64,000 bases of DNA from a virus (taxonomy: Duplodnaviria > Caudoviricetes). The notes beneath the pieces were generated by a model. The model was not told the origin of the DNA. It did no database searches and saw nothing but the letters and a program-made list of their open reading frames with translations. Of the stretch, positions 18,323 through 27,038 are shown in pieces. The stretch's first letter is position 1. Every line of letters starts with the position of its first letter. The DNA is taken from IMG/VR virus record IMGVR_UViG_3300036794_000053, positions 32,001-96,000 of that record; one strand, written 5' to 3'. A program made the position numbers and the translations under genes.

Positions 18323-19390
18323 CTACAGCCCTACCCACGGTGGGGTAGGCATGGTGAATTCCTTGTCCACGCAACGCAACACGTGATAGCCATGCTTGGT
18401 TAACACGCGGCCGCCGGACAGTCTCTTAATCAGGCGGGTACGCATGAGGTACGGTTCACGGTTGGTCACTGCGTCACTGTCCAAACACAGCATGTCTGCC
18501 AGGGCTTCGATGCCGATTGGACTGTCCTGCCCGGCCAGCCCGTCTTTAAGGATGCGCCGGTCTAGGGGGTCAAGGCCGAACTCATCGATCCCGAGCTGGG
18601 CCAGCGCCTTTTCAACGTCCGGGCCGGTCATCGCATCCAGATCGGCGACTTCGCCGAACCGTGCGACCCGCCGCAATATGGCGTTCGCTATCCGGGGCGT
18701 GCCCCTGCCAACCGCGGCTAGGTGGGCGTAACCCGCGTCGTCGAACGCGAACCCTTCGATCCCCGCGTACCGCCGGAGAATCTTCTCTATCTCGCCGGTC
18801 GAATAAAAGTCGAGCGACTCACGCACGGTGAACCTGTCAAGCAGCGGCCGCAACAACTGGCCAGGGTTCGTCGTGGCGCCGATGAGCACGAACGGGGCCA
18901 GCACAAACGGCTCTTTCGCCCCGGGCGGGGTGAACTCACCGTTTTCAAGCGCGTCAAGCCACAGTTGCTGACCCTTCTTACAAGCGGCGTGCGTCTCATC
19001 GGACCACACAACCGCCGGACCCTCATCAGGCCCACCGATAGACGCGATAGCCGCGGCCGCTTCGCGTACGGTGCCCATAGACGTGGCTGGAATGACCACT
19101 AGCCGCTTACCCAACACATCGGCGATACAAGCGGCTAGGGACGACTTCCCCAGACCAGCCGGACCCTCCAACAAGATGTGGTCTGGTAGCTCACCCCGCT
19201 TCGAAGCCGCGCGGCACTCCACAGTCAGATTAAAAACCACGTTCGACTGCCCGATAAAGCTATCCAACGCTTCAGGCCTAGCCGTACGGACCACCGGCGA
19301 AGCTCTCCGCTCCTCCGGCCCCACAACACGCAACACAGGAACGGGCCGGCCGATACGGTCAGCAACCGTCTGCATAAGCGGCGTACTCAT
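18323..19390 (-). CDS. ruvB: RuvB-family AAA+ branch-migration helicase, divergent
   Basis: RP..LDSFIGQ, DHILLEGPAGLGKSS, DETH, IGATT, LLDRF, RGTPRIAN..LRRV, GLDPLD, EPYL and GRVLT are collinear with RuvB. Confidence 0.92.
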   Translation of the reverse strand: MSTPLMQTVADRIGRPVPVLRVVGPEERRASPVVRTARPEALDSFIGQSNVVFNLTVECRAASKRGELPDHILLEGPAGLGKSSLAACIADVLGKRLVVIPATSMGTVREAAAAIASIGGPDEGPAVVWSDETHAACKKGQQLWLDALENGEFTPPGAKEPFVLAPFVLIGATTNPGQLLRPLLDRFTVRESLDFYSTGEIEKILRRYAGIEGFAFDDAGYAHLAAVGRGTPRIANAILRRVARFGEVADLDAMTGPDVEKALAQLGIDEFGLDPLDRRILKDGLAGQDSPIGIEALADMLCLDSDAVTNREPYLMRTRLIKRLSGGRVLTKHGYHVLRCVDKEFTMPTPPWVGL

Positions 19391-19620
19391 AACCGCACCT
19401 CCAAAAAAGTCGGAAAGATGACCGACCGTTCACCGCACGGTGACCGGCAACAGCCAACGGACAAGCCGTTGACTCTTGACAACCACCACAACAGCCACAC
19501 ACAAACCAAACAGCAGACGAAAGTAAGCACCCGTTTACATAGGGGACTCGCGCGCCTTGTGATAACAGCCGTAGCAGGGTGCGACCAGCGAAAACGCCGC
19601 ACTTTTTCATGATCAAATCG

Positions 19621-19910
19621 CTGACTACCGCTTCTCACTATTAGCGGTACTCAGCCAGGCCGAGCGGCGCCCCTCGGGGCGCCTGGCCACAAAAGCGGTA
19701 CTCAGTGGGCACGGCTCAGCGCGCGCTACAAGCGCCTTTCGCCAGGGCCGGCCCGGATAATGTGTGCGCCCGTAACCCACGGGCGGGGGTAGCGCACTCA
19801 CCGCTCGACAGTGCCCACGTGCACCGATGTGCACGTCCTTAGGCACGGCACGGCCAACGCGCACCTATGTGCGCGACCTTAGGCCGCTCGTCTCTGCGAT
19901 ACTTGCGCTC
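19621..19910 (-). ncRNA. Highly structured 5' leader or candidate ncRNA upstream of ruvB
   Basis: At least six inverted repeats in 290 bp, including two repeated hairpin+CCTTAGGC units; no convincing ORF. Confidence 0.45.
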
Positions 19911-19913
19911 GCT

Positions 19914-19936
19914 CACTATTGAGTTCTCAAGGAACC
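19914..19936 (-). promoter_or_regulatory. rRNA-leader-type boxA antitermination element
   Basis: Minus strand reads GGTTCCTTGAGAACTCAATAGTG, matching the actinobacterial rrn leader TTGAGAACTCAA(T/C)AG motif. Confidence 0.7.
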
Positions 19937-20052
19937 GTTGCCCACCGGATGCGCCCGGGGACTCCGCTCGCGCGGCGATGGATGGGTGCCGCGCGCACGG
20001 GGCGGCGCACGGGCATGGCAGTGCCCCGGTCGGGGCGAGCTGGCGGATTTCA

Positions 20053-20125
20053 TACCCCGATAGTAGGCCACCACACTGGTATGGCCTATGACCTAGGTCA
20101 CACTGCTGCTGTGACGTGCGTCACA
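20053..20125 (-). promoter_or_regulatory. Leftward promoter with -10 TACTAT and two CRP/GlxR-type boxes
   Basis: -10 at 20065-20060; TATGA-CCTAGG-TCACA at 20087-20102; perfect TGTGA-CGTGCG-TCACA at 20110-20125. Confidence 0.65.
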
Positions 20126-20138
20126 CAGTCCACTTGAG

Positions 20139-20240
20139 TCCAAAGTGGACGCTGGGCGCGCTCCTATGTGGACGGACGCGGGTGTCCTATGTGGACTCGC
20201 GGCGTGTCCTATGTGGACGCCAGAGCGGTCCTATGTGGAC
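20139..20240. repeat. Five phased 12-bp direct repeats (TCCTATGTGGAC), iteron-like
   Basis: Copies start at 20139 (variant TCCAAAGTGGAC), 20162, 20185, 20207 and 20229; spacing 23, 23, 22, 22. Confidence 0.9.
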
Positions 20241-20417
20241 ACACCTACCCTCGGGGGGTATCGGGGAGGTTAGGGTACACTCCCCCCCACCCAGGCCAGC
20301 CTAGCCTAACCCAGGGCAAGGGTTCTTGACCGTTCGCGTTTTTGCTGTTCAGGCGTGCCCTGTTTTTTCTGCGCGCGTGCGTGAGCTGCCTGGTGTTGGT
20401 GTGTAGCCTGTTGTGTT

Positions 20418-20810
20418 ATGACTGTGACTGTGGAGAGGCGTGTGCGGGCGCAGGTTGATCTGCCTGGTGATTTGGTGGATCGGGTGGCGGTGCATGCGGA
20501 GCGGTTGGGTGTGACGGCGACGTTGTTGTGGTTTTCGTGGTTGAGCCAGGCTTTGTGGTTGGTTCACCAGGGGCGGGGGCATTTGTTGCCGCGGGTGCCG
20601 GTTCAGGGGTCGTTGCGGCGGTTGCCGGCTGGGTCGTTGGGTGTGAAGCGGGGGGTGGGGTGGGTGATGTCGTCGGCGGAGTACGGCAGGTTGTCGTTGG
20701 TGTTGGATGGTGCGGGTACGACGGTGCCGGCGGTGTTGGTGGCTGCTGGGGAGGCGTTTTGTGCGGTGGGGGGGGATTTGGCGCGGATGGAGTGGCCGCC
20801 GGTGGCGTGA
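20418..20810 (+). CDS. Possible ribbon-helix-helix DNA-binding protein
   Basis: RAQVDLPGDLVDRVAVHAERLGVT pattern; extremely G/T-skewed codons. Confidence 0.5.
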   Translation: MTVTVERRVRAQVDLPGDLVDRVAVHAERLGVTATLLWFSWLSQALWLVHQGRGHLLPRVPVQGSLRRLPAGSLGVKRGVGWVMSSAEYGRLSLVLDGAGTTVPAVLVAAGEAFCAVGGDLARMEWPPVA

Positions 20811-20894
20811 GAGAGGCCCCCTTTCGGTATCTCTACCTTGGGGGGCTTCTGTTCGGCGCTGTGTGTGGCTGTGGGGGGCCTTTACGGGGCTACG

Positions 20895-21317
20895 TCACCC
20901 TCGTCCTACCAGCGCGCGGGCGAGGGTGACGAGCCGGAAGTCGGGGCCGATCTCGGTTGCGTCAACGGCTCCGGCGCGCAGGATGTCCGCCAACGGGCGC
21001 GCGATCTGTGGCCCCATGCTGGCTATCCAGCCGGCGCGGGTCTGATCGGTGCACTGATTGCCGAGGGTGGCGACGGTGGGCATATCGGCGTCGTCGTCCC
21101 AGGCGACGTCATCCAAGATGACGTAGTACGGGCCGTCCTCCTCGTACTGGTCGTAATCCCACGCTTCGTGCAGTGCGTAGGAGTCGATGCGGTTGGCCGC
21201 GCGGCGCATCAGCTCGGCGCACGCTTCGGCGTTGGCCAGCTCGGCGGCCGTGGGCGGTGCTTGCGAGAACTCGGGGAGTCCGGTCATTGGAACGCTTTCC
21301 CGGTTGGCGTTAGTCAT
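20895..21317 (-). CDS. Hypothetical protein
   Basis: WIASMGPQIARPLADIL pattern typical of actinophage small genes. Confidence 0.6.
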   Translation of the reverse strand: MTNANRESVPMTGLPEFSQAPPTAAELANAEACAELMRRAANRIDSYALHEAWDYDQYEEDGPYYVILDDVAWDDDADMPTVATLGNQCTDQTRAGWIASMGPQIARPLADILRAGAVDATEIGPDFRLVTLARALVGRG

Positions 21318-21720
21318 GGACGTCGGGGCATGTGCAGCCTGGTTCTTTGCATATGTCCGGTGGTTCGGGGAAGGGGGACTTGGGGATGTCCTCGGTGGAA
21401 AACGATCGTTCTCTCATCCCCGGTGCGATGAGGCCATCGAAATTGCTTGACGATCTACATGCGTCGATGTAGCCGTCGGAGTCGGAATCGACCGCTTCAA
21501 TTGACCCGTCCGCGTAGAAGAGAAACCCGACAACGGGGTTCGTCCAGGTACTGTCGTTGCCGTTGCGGTACCTGACCATCCAGCCTTGACCGGGTAAGAC
21601 GGCGACAACGGGGTTCGCCGGAGGTTTTAAGTCTTTGACCGCGCGAACGAGGTCGCCCACGCTGTTGTCGAGCTGCTCGATTCGTCCTTGGATGTAGTCC
21701 AACGCGTCATCAACGCTCAC
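21310..21720 (-). CDS. Hypothetical protein
   Basis: Open frame with plausible RBS; coupled to its neighbours. Confidence 0.55.
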   Translation of the reverse strand: MSVDDALDYIQGRIEQLDNSVGDLVRAVKDLKPPANPVVAVLPGQGWMVRYRNGNDSTWTNPVVGFLFYADGSIEAVDSDSDGYIDACRSSSNFDGLIAPGMRERSFSTEDIPKSPFPEPPDICKEPGCTCPDVHD

Positions 21721-22348
21721 CGAAACTTAACCTTTCTCGTCATGTTTCACGTCGTCGACCTGGGGTGTTGTGTCCGGGGGTGGCATGTCTCCACCGGCGG
21801 GTAAACCGGGTTCAACGTCCAGTGGTTTCTGGGTAGGGTGGTGGTGGTTCCCTGGGGTGCTCCCCCGTGTGCAGCGGGGTGTGTGGTGACCACCGGATTC
21901 GGTGAGGCACCCCAGGGAACCCTCTCATTGCGTGAAGTCGTAGCCGCACCTGCGGCACTGACCGTTCTCCAGGTCGTGTCTGCTGGAGAGACATTCCGCT
22001 ACCCGGCGGGTGACTTCCACTCGCTGCTGGAGCAGCGCTTCGTCCAGGGCGAGGTCGTTCCGCCACACTTTTTGGATCAGTTCGTCGGTGTACTCGTCGA
22101 TGGTCATCGTTGTTTCCTGACCTCGCGGACGAGCTCGACGAGTTCCTCGTCGCTCAAGTGTTTCCCTGACCATCTCAGCTCTTGCCGCGCGATGCGGCGA
22201 CGCAGCGCCTTCTCCGAACGTAGGCGGCGCCAGTACCAACGGCGCCAGCGACCATGCATCGGTGTCACTTCTGTTTACTCCCGCCCCAAAAATGGAAGTT
22301 GGCCACCGGCCGGTTCTCCGGTTAGCGGCGAGCCGCAACACCAGCCGG

Positions 22349-22720
22349 TCAATCATGTTCATCCGGCCACACCTCCAAGTCATTGCGGGTGTTCTCCACC
22401 GGTTGTGCCGTGGCGCGACGGCGAATCAACTCGTCGAGTCCTGCCTTCGCCTCGCCGAGAGCTTGTGAGTAGCGCGTGAGCAGCTCGTCGGCCGTCAGTT
22501 CATGCAGCTGTTTAGTTTTGATCGGGAGTAGCTGTTCGTCGAGCTTGAGTTTCTCCTGGATGAACAGCATCCGGGTGTGGGGAATCTTCCCGCACTCCCA
22601 CTTCAAGTAGCTGCTCAGCTTGAGGTGGAACAATTCCGCCATCTCTTCACGACTGGCTCCCCGTCGTTGTCGTGCTTCCCGTAGCCGCTGACCCAGCTCG
22701 TCCCGGATGTTGTTGGTCAT
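22349..22720 (-). CDS. XRE-family HTH transcriptional regulator
   Basis: LGQRLREARQRRGASREEMAE...SSYLKWECG..P. Confidence 0.8.
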   Translation of the reverse strand: MTNNIRDELGQRLREARQRRGASREEMAELFHLKLSSYLKWECGKIPHTRMLFIQEKLKLDEQLLPIKTKQLHELTADELLTRYSQALGEAKAGLDELIRRRATAQPVENTRNDLEVWPDEHD

Positions 22721-22730
22721 GGAATCCCTG

Positions 22731-23051
22731 TCACCGGCGGTCCGAGTGCCACATGCGTTCGTTGAGCGGCAGGAACGGCGGGGCGGGGTAGGGCTTCTCC
22801 GCCATCACGCCGGTGGTGATGATGAGCACGCAGCCGATGAGGAGCAGCCAGACGCTGCCGCCGTTCAACAGGATGGCCATGCCGATCGCGCCGACGACCA
22901 TTGATGCGCCCCAGGCGATGGCCCAGTTGGGGCGGGCGATCTTGCTGTAGCTCTGACGGCAGGTGCGTTCGACGTAGACGACGCGGCGGCGTCGGAAGCT
23001 CGGGATGAAGAAGAACACGTCCCCTCCTTCGGAATTTGGGACGCCCATTGT
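22731..23051 (-). CDS. Two-helix membrane protein
   Basis: WAIAWGASMVVGAIGMAILL and VWLLLIGCVLIITTGV; start uncertain. Confidence 0.5.
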   Translation of the reverse strand, partial: TMGVPNSEGGDVFFFIPSFRRRRVVYVERTCRQSYSKIARPNWAIAWGASMVVGAIGMAILLNGGSVWLLLIGCVLIITTGVMAEKPYPAPPFLPLNERMWHSDRR

Positions 23052-23079
23052 CCCACAGAAAACTCTTGGTGAGGTGGAC

Positions 23080-23586
23080 GTGAAGGGCTGCGTGTGTGTC
23101 GACGTCGAAACCACCGGGCCCCACCCCGAAACCCACGAAGTCGTCGAGGTCGCCTGGTGGGCCATGGACATCGGCGAACGGGGTGTGTTCATCCCACCCC
23201 ACACCCTGACCGGCGCCGACGATCACGCCTTGTCGGTCAACCGCTACTGGACCCGCGGCCTGTGGAAGGGCGGTTGGGACGACGGCACCGAACTGGCCCG
23301 CTTCCACACCGTCCTGGCTTCCCGGTGGGTGGTGGGCGCGAACCCGGGTTTCGACTGGGCGTTCCTGCGCCGGCTGTTCATCCGGGAGGGACTCAGCGTC
23401 ACCTCCCTCTCCTATCCGCCGCTGGATTTGCCTGCGTACGCGGCGGGTGTCCTCGGTCAAAGGATCACCGACCGGATGGGACTCAGCCGGCTGTGCCGGT
23501 TGCTGGGGGTCGAGCCGGGTGACCACACCGCCGAAGGTGACGTCCGGGCCTGCGTGGAATGCCTTTTGGAACTTCACAAACGCTAA
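23080..23586 (+). CDS. DEDDh 3'-5' exonuclease (DnaQ-like)
   Basis: VDVETTG, GANPGFD, LD and HTAEGD motifs; GAGGT RBS. Confidence 0.9.
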   Translation: MKGCVCVDVETTGPHPETHEVVEVAWWAMDIGERGVFIPPHTLTGADDHALSVNRYWTRGLWKGGWDDGTELARFHTVLASRWVVGANPGFDWAFLRRLFIREGLSVTSLSYPPLDLPAYAAGVLGQRITDRMGLSRLCRLLGVEPGDHTAEGDVRACVECLLELHKR

Positions 23587-23728
23587 TCAGGTGTTGTCAT
23601 GGAACTACCTAACGAGTTGCCTAGGCCTTTGTTTCCGGAACCGGAACCCATTCCCGATTGGGTTGTGACGGTGATGAAACGTGGCTGCCGTCGTCAGAAA
23701 GAAATTAATTGGGTCGAGGTGTTGGACA

Positions 23729-25165
23729 ATGCGCGACGAGATCACCCTGAATGAAGTCCATGCACCTATTGACCAGTTGAAACTTTTGCGCCGACTCCAA
23801 ACGATGAAAGAGGAGTTGGATCGGCGGATCGCGTCGAAGGTGGTGGACCGGCCGAGGCCGTGGCATAAGAAGGCTCGGGCGAAGCAGCTCCCCCCGAGTG
23901 GTGACTGGAACATTTGGTTGATCATGTCGGGGCGCGGCTGGGGGAAGACCGCGACCGGCGCGAACTGGTTGGCCGAACAAGCCGCGAAATACCCGCAAAC
24001 CGAGTGGGCGGTGGTTGCGCCGACGTGGCGGGACTGCCGCAACACCTGCCTCCAAGGCTCCTCCGGGGTGTTGAAGGCGTTGTTGCCGGACGAGTACGAC
24101 TCGATGAACCTGTCCGACCTGACCATCCGCCTCAAAAACGGCAGCCGGATTTACGGGTACAGCGCTGACGGTTTCGAACGGCTGCGTGGCACGAACTTGT
24201 CGGGGGCGTGGGTGGATGAGGCCGCGGTCATGGACCAGGTCGAGGCCATGTTCTTCGAAGCGCTCATGCCGGCCCTGCGGATCGGTGACAAGCCGCGGGT
24301 GGTGATTACCACCACCCCACGGTCGGTGAAGTTCCTGCGTGATCTGTTGGCCCGCACGGATGGTTCTGTGGCGGTCACTCGGGGCAGCACGAAGGAGAAC
24401 GCGGACAACTTGTCCGCCGCCGCCCTCGCCGAGCTGTACACCCGCTATGAGGGCACCCGGATTGGTGAGCAGGAACTCGAAGGGAAGATGCTGCAGGACC
24501 TGCAAGGGGCGCTGTGGTCGCACGACATTTTGGAAGCTACCCGGGTTCAGAAGGCACCGAATCTGGTTCGGGTGGTGGTGGGGGTGGACCCGGCTACCAC
24601 GTCGGGGAAGAAGTCGGACTACACCGGCATCGTCGTCGCCGGCCGGTCCAGTGACGGCCATTTCTATGTGCTGGAAGATGCGACGACGAAGGGCACCCCG
24701 AATCAGTGCATGGCGAAAGCGGTGGGTTGTTATCACCGGTGGCATGCGGATCGGATCATCGGGGAGATGAACAACGGCGGCGACTTCATCGAGTCCGTCA
24801 TCCGCGCCGTCGACCCCACCGTCTCCTACAAAACGGTACGGGCCACCCGGGGGAAGTTCATTCGGGCCGAGCCGATCTCGGCGTTGTGGGAGCAGGGCCG
24901 CGCGCACATGGTCGGCGTGCACCCCATTCTGGAAGACCAAATGTGTGTGTTCACCCACGACGGGAAAGAATCCCCGGACAATCTGGATGCGTTGGTGTGG
25001 GCGGCGACTGAACTGAATGTTGGCGCGACCGCGATGGCGTATTTGGCGGCGCTGGCGAACATTTGCCGCGAATGTGACATGCCGAATTTGAAATTGTCGA
25101 CCGCGTGTTACAAGTGCGGGGCCGCGTTGAAAACAGATGTAGAGGAAGGGGGCCGGTGTGCCTAA
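23729..25165 (+). CDS. terL: Terminase large subunit
   Basis: SGRGWGKT Walker A, AWVDEAA Walker B, ITTTP, VGVDPA and SPDNLDALVWA; an alternative start exists at 23681. Confidence 0.95.
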   Translation: MRDEITLNEVHAPIDQLKLLRRLQTMKEELDRRIASKVVDRPRPWHKKARAKQLPPSGDWNIWLIMSGRGWGKTATGANWLAEQAAKYPQTEWAVVAPTWRDCRNTCLQGSSGVLKALLPDEYDSMNLSDLTIRLKNGSRIYGYSADGFERLRGTNLSGAWVDEAAVMDQVEAMFFEALMPALRIGDKPRVVITTTPRSVKFLRDLLARTDGSVAVTRGSTKENADNLSAAALAELYTRYEGTRIGEQELEGKMLQDLQGALWSHDILEATRVQKAPNLVRVVVGVDPATTSGKKSDYTGIVVAGRSSDGHFYVLEDATTKGTPNQCMAKAVGCYHRWHADRIIGEMNNGGDFIESVIRAVDPTVSYKTVRATRGKFIRAEPISALWEQGRAHMVGVHPILEDQMCVFTHDGKESPDNLDALVWAATELNVGATAMAYLAALANICRECDMPNLKLSTACYKCGAALKTDVEEGGRCA

Positions 25166-27038
25166 GAAACTACGGGGCAGCAGGCCGCCGAATAACATCA
25201 CACGCGGCGGGTTCGGTGCGCCCCGGAAAGACACGGATGTTCGGGATATTATTCGGGAAGAGTTGACGAAAGCGTTGCGGTTGCCGGCCGGGGCGACGAG
25301 TCAGGAGATCACCGCCGGCTACCTGGAGTCGCTGCAGCGGAACGGGTCGGCGCGGATCAACGGCGCGGCGGCGTTGCCGCGTGACCCGTACAACACTTAC
25401 CTGTTCGGCCCGGGTGAACCGCTCTACCCGGAGCCGGTGTCGCCGCTGCTGCCCAGCGGGCGGCCGGCGCCGCGGCAGTGGGAGTACCCGGTCTCGTGGA
25501 ACCTGCAGACCGCGTCCACCCGTGGGGTGCCGTGGATGGTGCTCCGCGACGCCGCCGACTCCGTGTCGATTGTCCGGTCGTGTATCGAGACGTGTAAGTC
25601 GGCGCTGATCGGGTTGGAGTGGAGTTTCGGTATCGACTCCACCCGGGCCCGGGCGGTGGCGAAACGGGCGAACCTATCCCCACACGGTGTCACAGCGGAC
25701 CTGCAAGACAAGTACGCGGACGACATTGAGCGTTTGCACCAGTGGTGGATGCGGCCGGCGCGGGGGTGGACGTTCACCGAGTGGCTGTCCGCGATCCTCG
25801 AAGACGAACTCGTGTATGACGCGGTCGCGCTGTACCCGAGGCTCACATTCGGCGGCGATTTGTTGGCGTTGGAACCGATCGATTCTTCTACTATTAAGCC
25901 GTTGTTGGATGAGGGCGGCCGGACCCCATTGCCGCCTTTGGCTGCTTATCAACAGATCCTTTGGGGCTTTCCCCGCGGCGAGTATTCACCGACACCCCTG
26001 GAAGGGATTGACGGTGAATACTTGGACGCTGTGTATGGTCCTTTGGATGTGAAAGGCGCCCGCACCGACACCTTGATTTACAAGGTGCGTAATAAGCGCA
26101 CCCGCTCCCCCTACGGATTCTCTTGTGTTGAGCAGGCGTTGGTTGACACGGATTTGTGGATTCGGCGTTGGCAGTGGCTGGTCGCCGAATACTCCGCGGG
26201 TGTCACCCCGGAGATGGTGGTGCAAGTCGAAGCGAACATGACCCCGGAACAGTTGCGCCAGTACGAAGCCGTGTTCAACGACGACTTGTCGGGTCGGACT
26301 GGTGAGCGGCACCGGGCGCGTTTCCTCCCCGCGGGTTTCCACCCGAGCTATCCGGCGAACATGGACGCCAAGTTCGTGTCCGACCTCGATCTGCACATTG
26401 TCCGGTTGATCTGCGCCAGCTTCAGTGTCCTGCCCACCAGCTTGGGATTCTCCCCGAATCACAACGCCGGGAACATGTCCGGCATGTCCCACCAGGAAGG
26501 CGAACAAACGTCGCAGCTGGAACGGGGCACGAAACCGCGGGCCCGGTGGGTGACCGACCTCATCAACGAAATCTCCATCAACTGGCTGGGGATGCCACCG
26601 GAAGTGACATTCACCTGGCACGGCCTGGACGATGAGGATGAGAAGAAGGAAGCGGACCTCCTCGAAGGCTATTTGGCCAGCGGGATTATGACGTTGAACG
26701 AAACCCGGGACGCCCGGAATCTGCCCCGCTATTCGTTCCAGAACGCGAACGAACCGTTCGTGCACACCCCGACCGGGGTGGCGTTCTTCAATCCGGACGC
26801 GGAGCCGGTGAGCATGCCGGGGAACTTGCCGTCGGCGGTGCAAAACCAACCCGGCTTCAGCGGGACGAGGCAGGAGCAGAAGGCGTTTATGAGCTTCGCC
26901 CGGAACGCGCAACGCCGCGAGACGTGGCGGGACTTCACCTTCAAAGCGCATGACACCGAGGTCGCGGAGGCGGCGAACCGGCTCGCGGCGGCCGGCGACA
27001 TGGACGCCGTCAAAGCGTTGTTCGCGTTGGTGGAATGA
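25158..27038 (+). CDS. Portal protein
   Basis: Follows TerL; LEPIDSSTIKPL, SPYGFSCVEQ and GIMTLNETRDARNLP portal motifs. Confidence 0.9.
   Translation: MPKKLRGSRPPNNITRGGFGAPRKDTDVRDIIREELTKALRLPAGATSQEITAGYLESLQRNGSARINGAAALPRDPYNTYLFGPGEPLYPEPVSPLLPSGRPAPRQWEYPVSWNLQTASTRGVPWMVLRDAADSVSIVRSCIETCKSALIGLEWSFGIDSTRARAVAKRANLSPHGVTADLQDKYADDIERLHQWWMRPARGWTFTEWLSAILEDELVYDAVALYPRLTFGGDLLALEPIDSSTIKPLLDEGGRTPLPPLAAYQQILWGFPRGEYSPTPLEGIDGEYLDAVYGPLDVKGARTDTLIYKVRNKRTRSPYGFSCVEQALVDTDLWIRRWQWLVAEYSAGVTPEMVVQVEANMTPEQLRQYEAVFNDDLSGRTGERHRARFLPAGFHPSYPANMDAKFVSDLDLHIVRLICASFSVLPTSLGFSPNHNAGNMSGMSHQEGEQTSQLERGTKPRARWVTDLINEISINWLGMPPEVTFTWHGLDDEDEKKEADLLEGYLASGIMTLNETRDARNLPRYSFQNANEPFVHTPTGVAFFNPDAEPVSMPGNLPSAVQNQPGFSGTRQEQKAFMSFARNAQRRETWRDFTFKAHDTEVAEAANRLAAAGDMDAVKALFALVE

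Noticed and set aside
19359-19638. Small ORFs in the ruvB leader
   Set aside because: Their composition reflects the local G/T skew; no convincing RBS or motif.
20139-20240. CRISPR array
   Set aside because: Repeats of 12 bp and spacers of 10-11 bp are far too short, and no cas genes are present.
23705-25234. Long antisense ORFs (also 25986-26951, 29508-31061, 35741-36964, 38756-40558, 49802-50875)
   Set aside because: Shadow frames of real high-GC genes, Arg/His-rich and without motifs.
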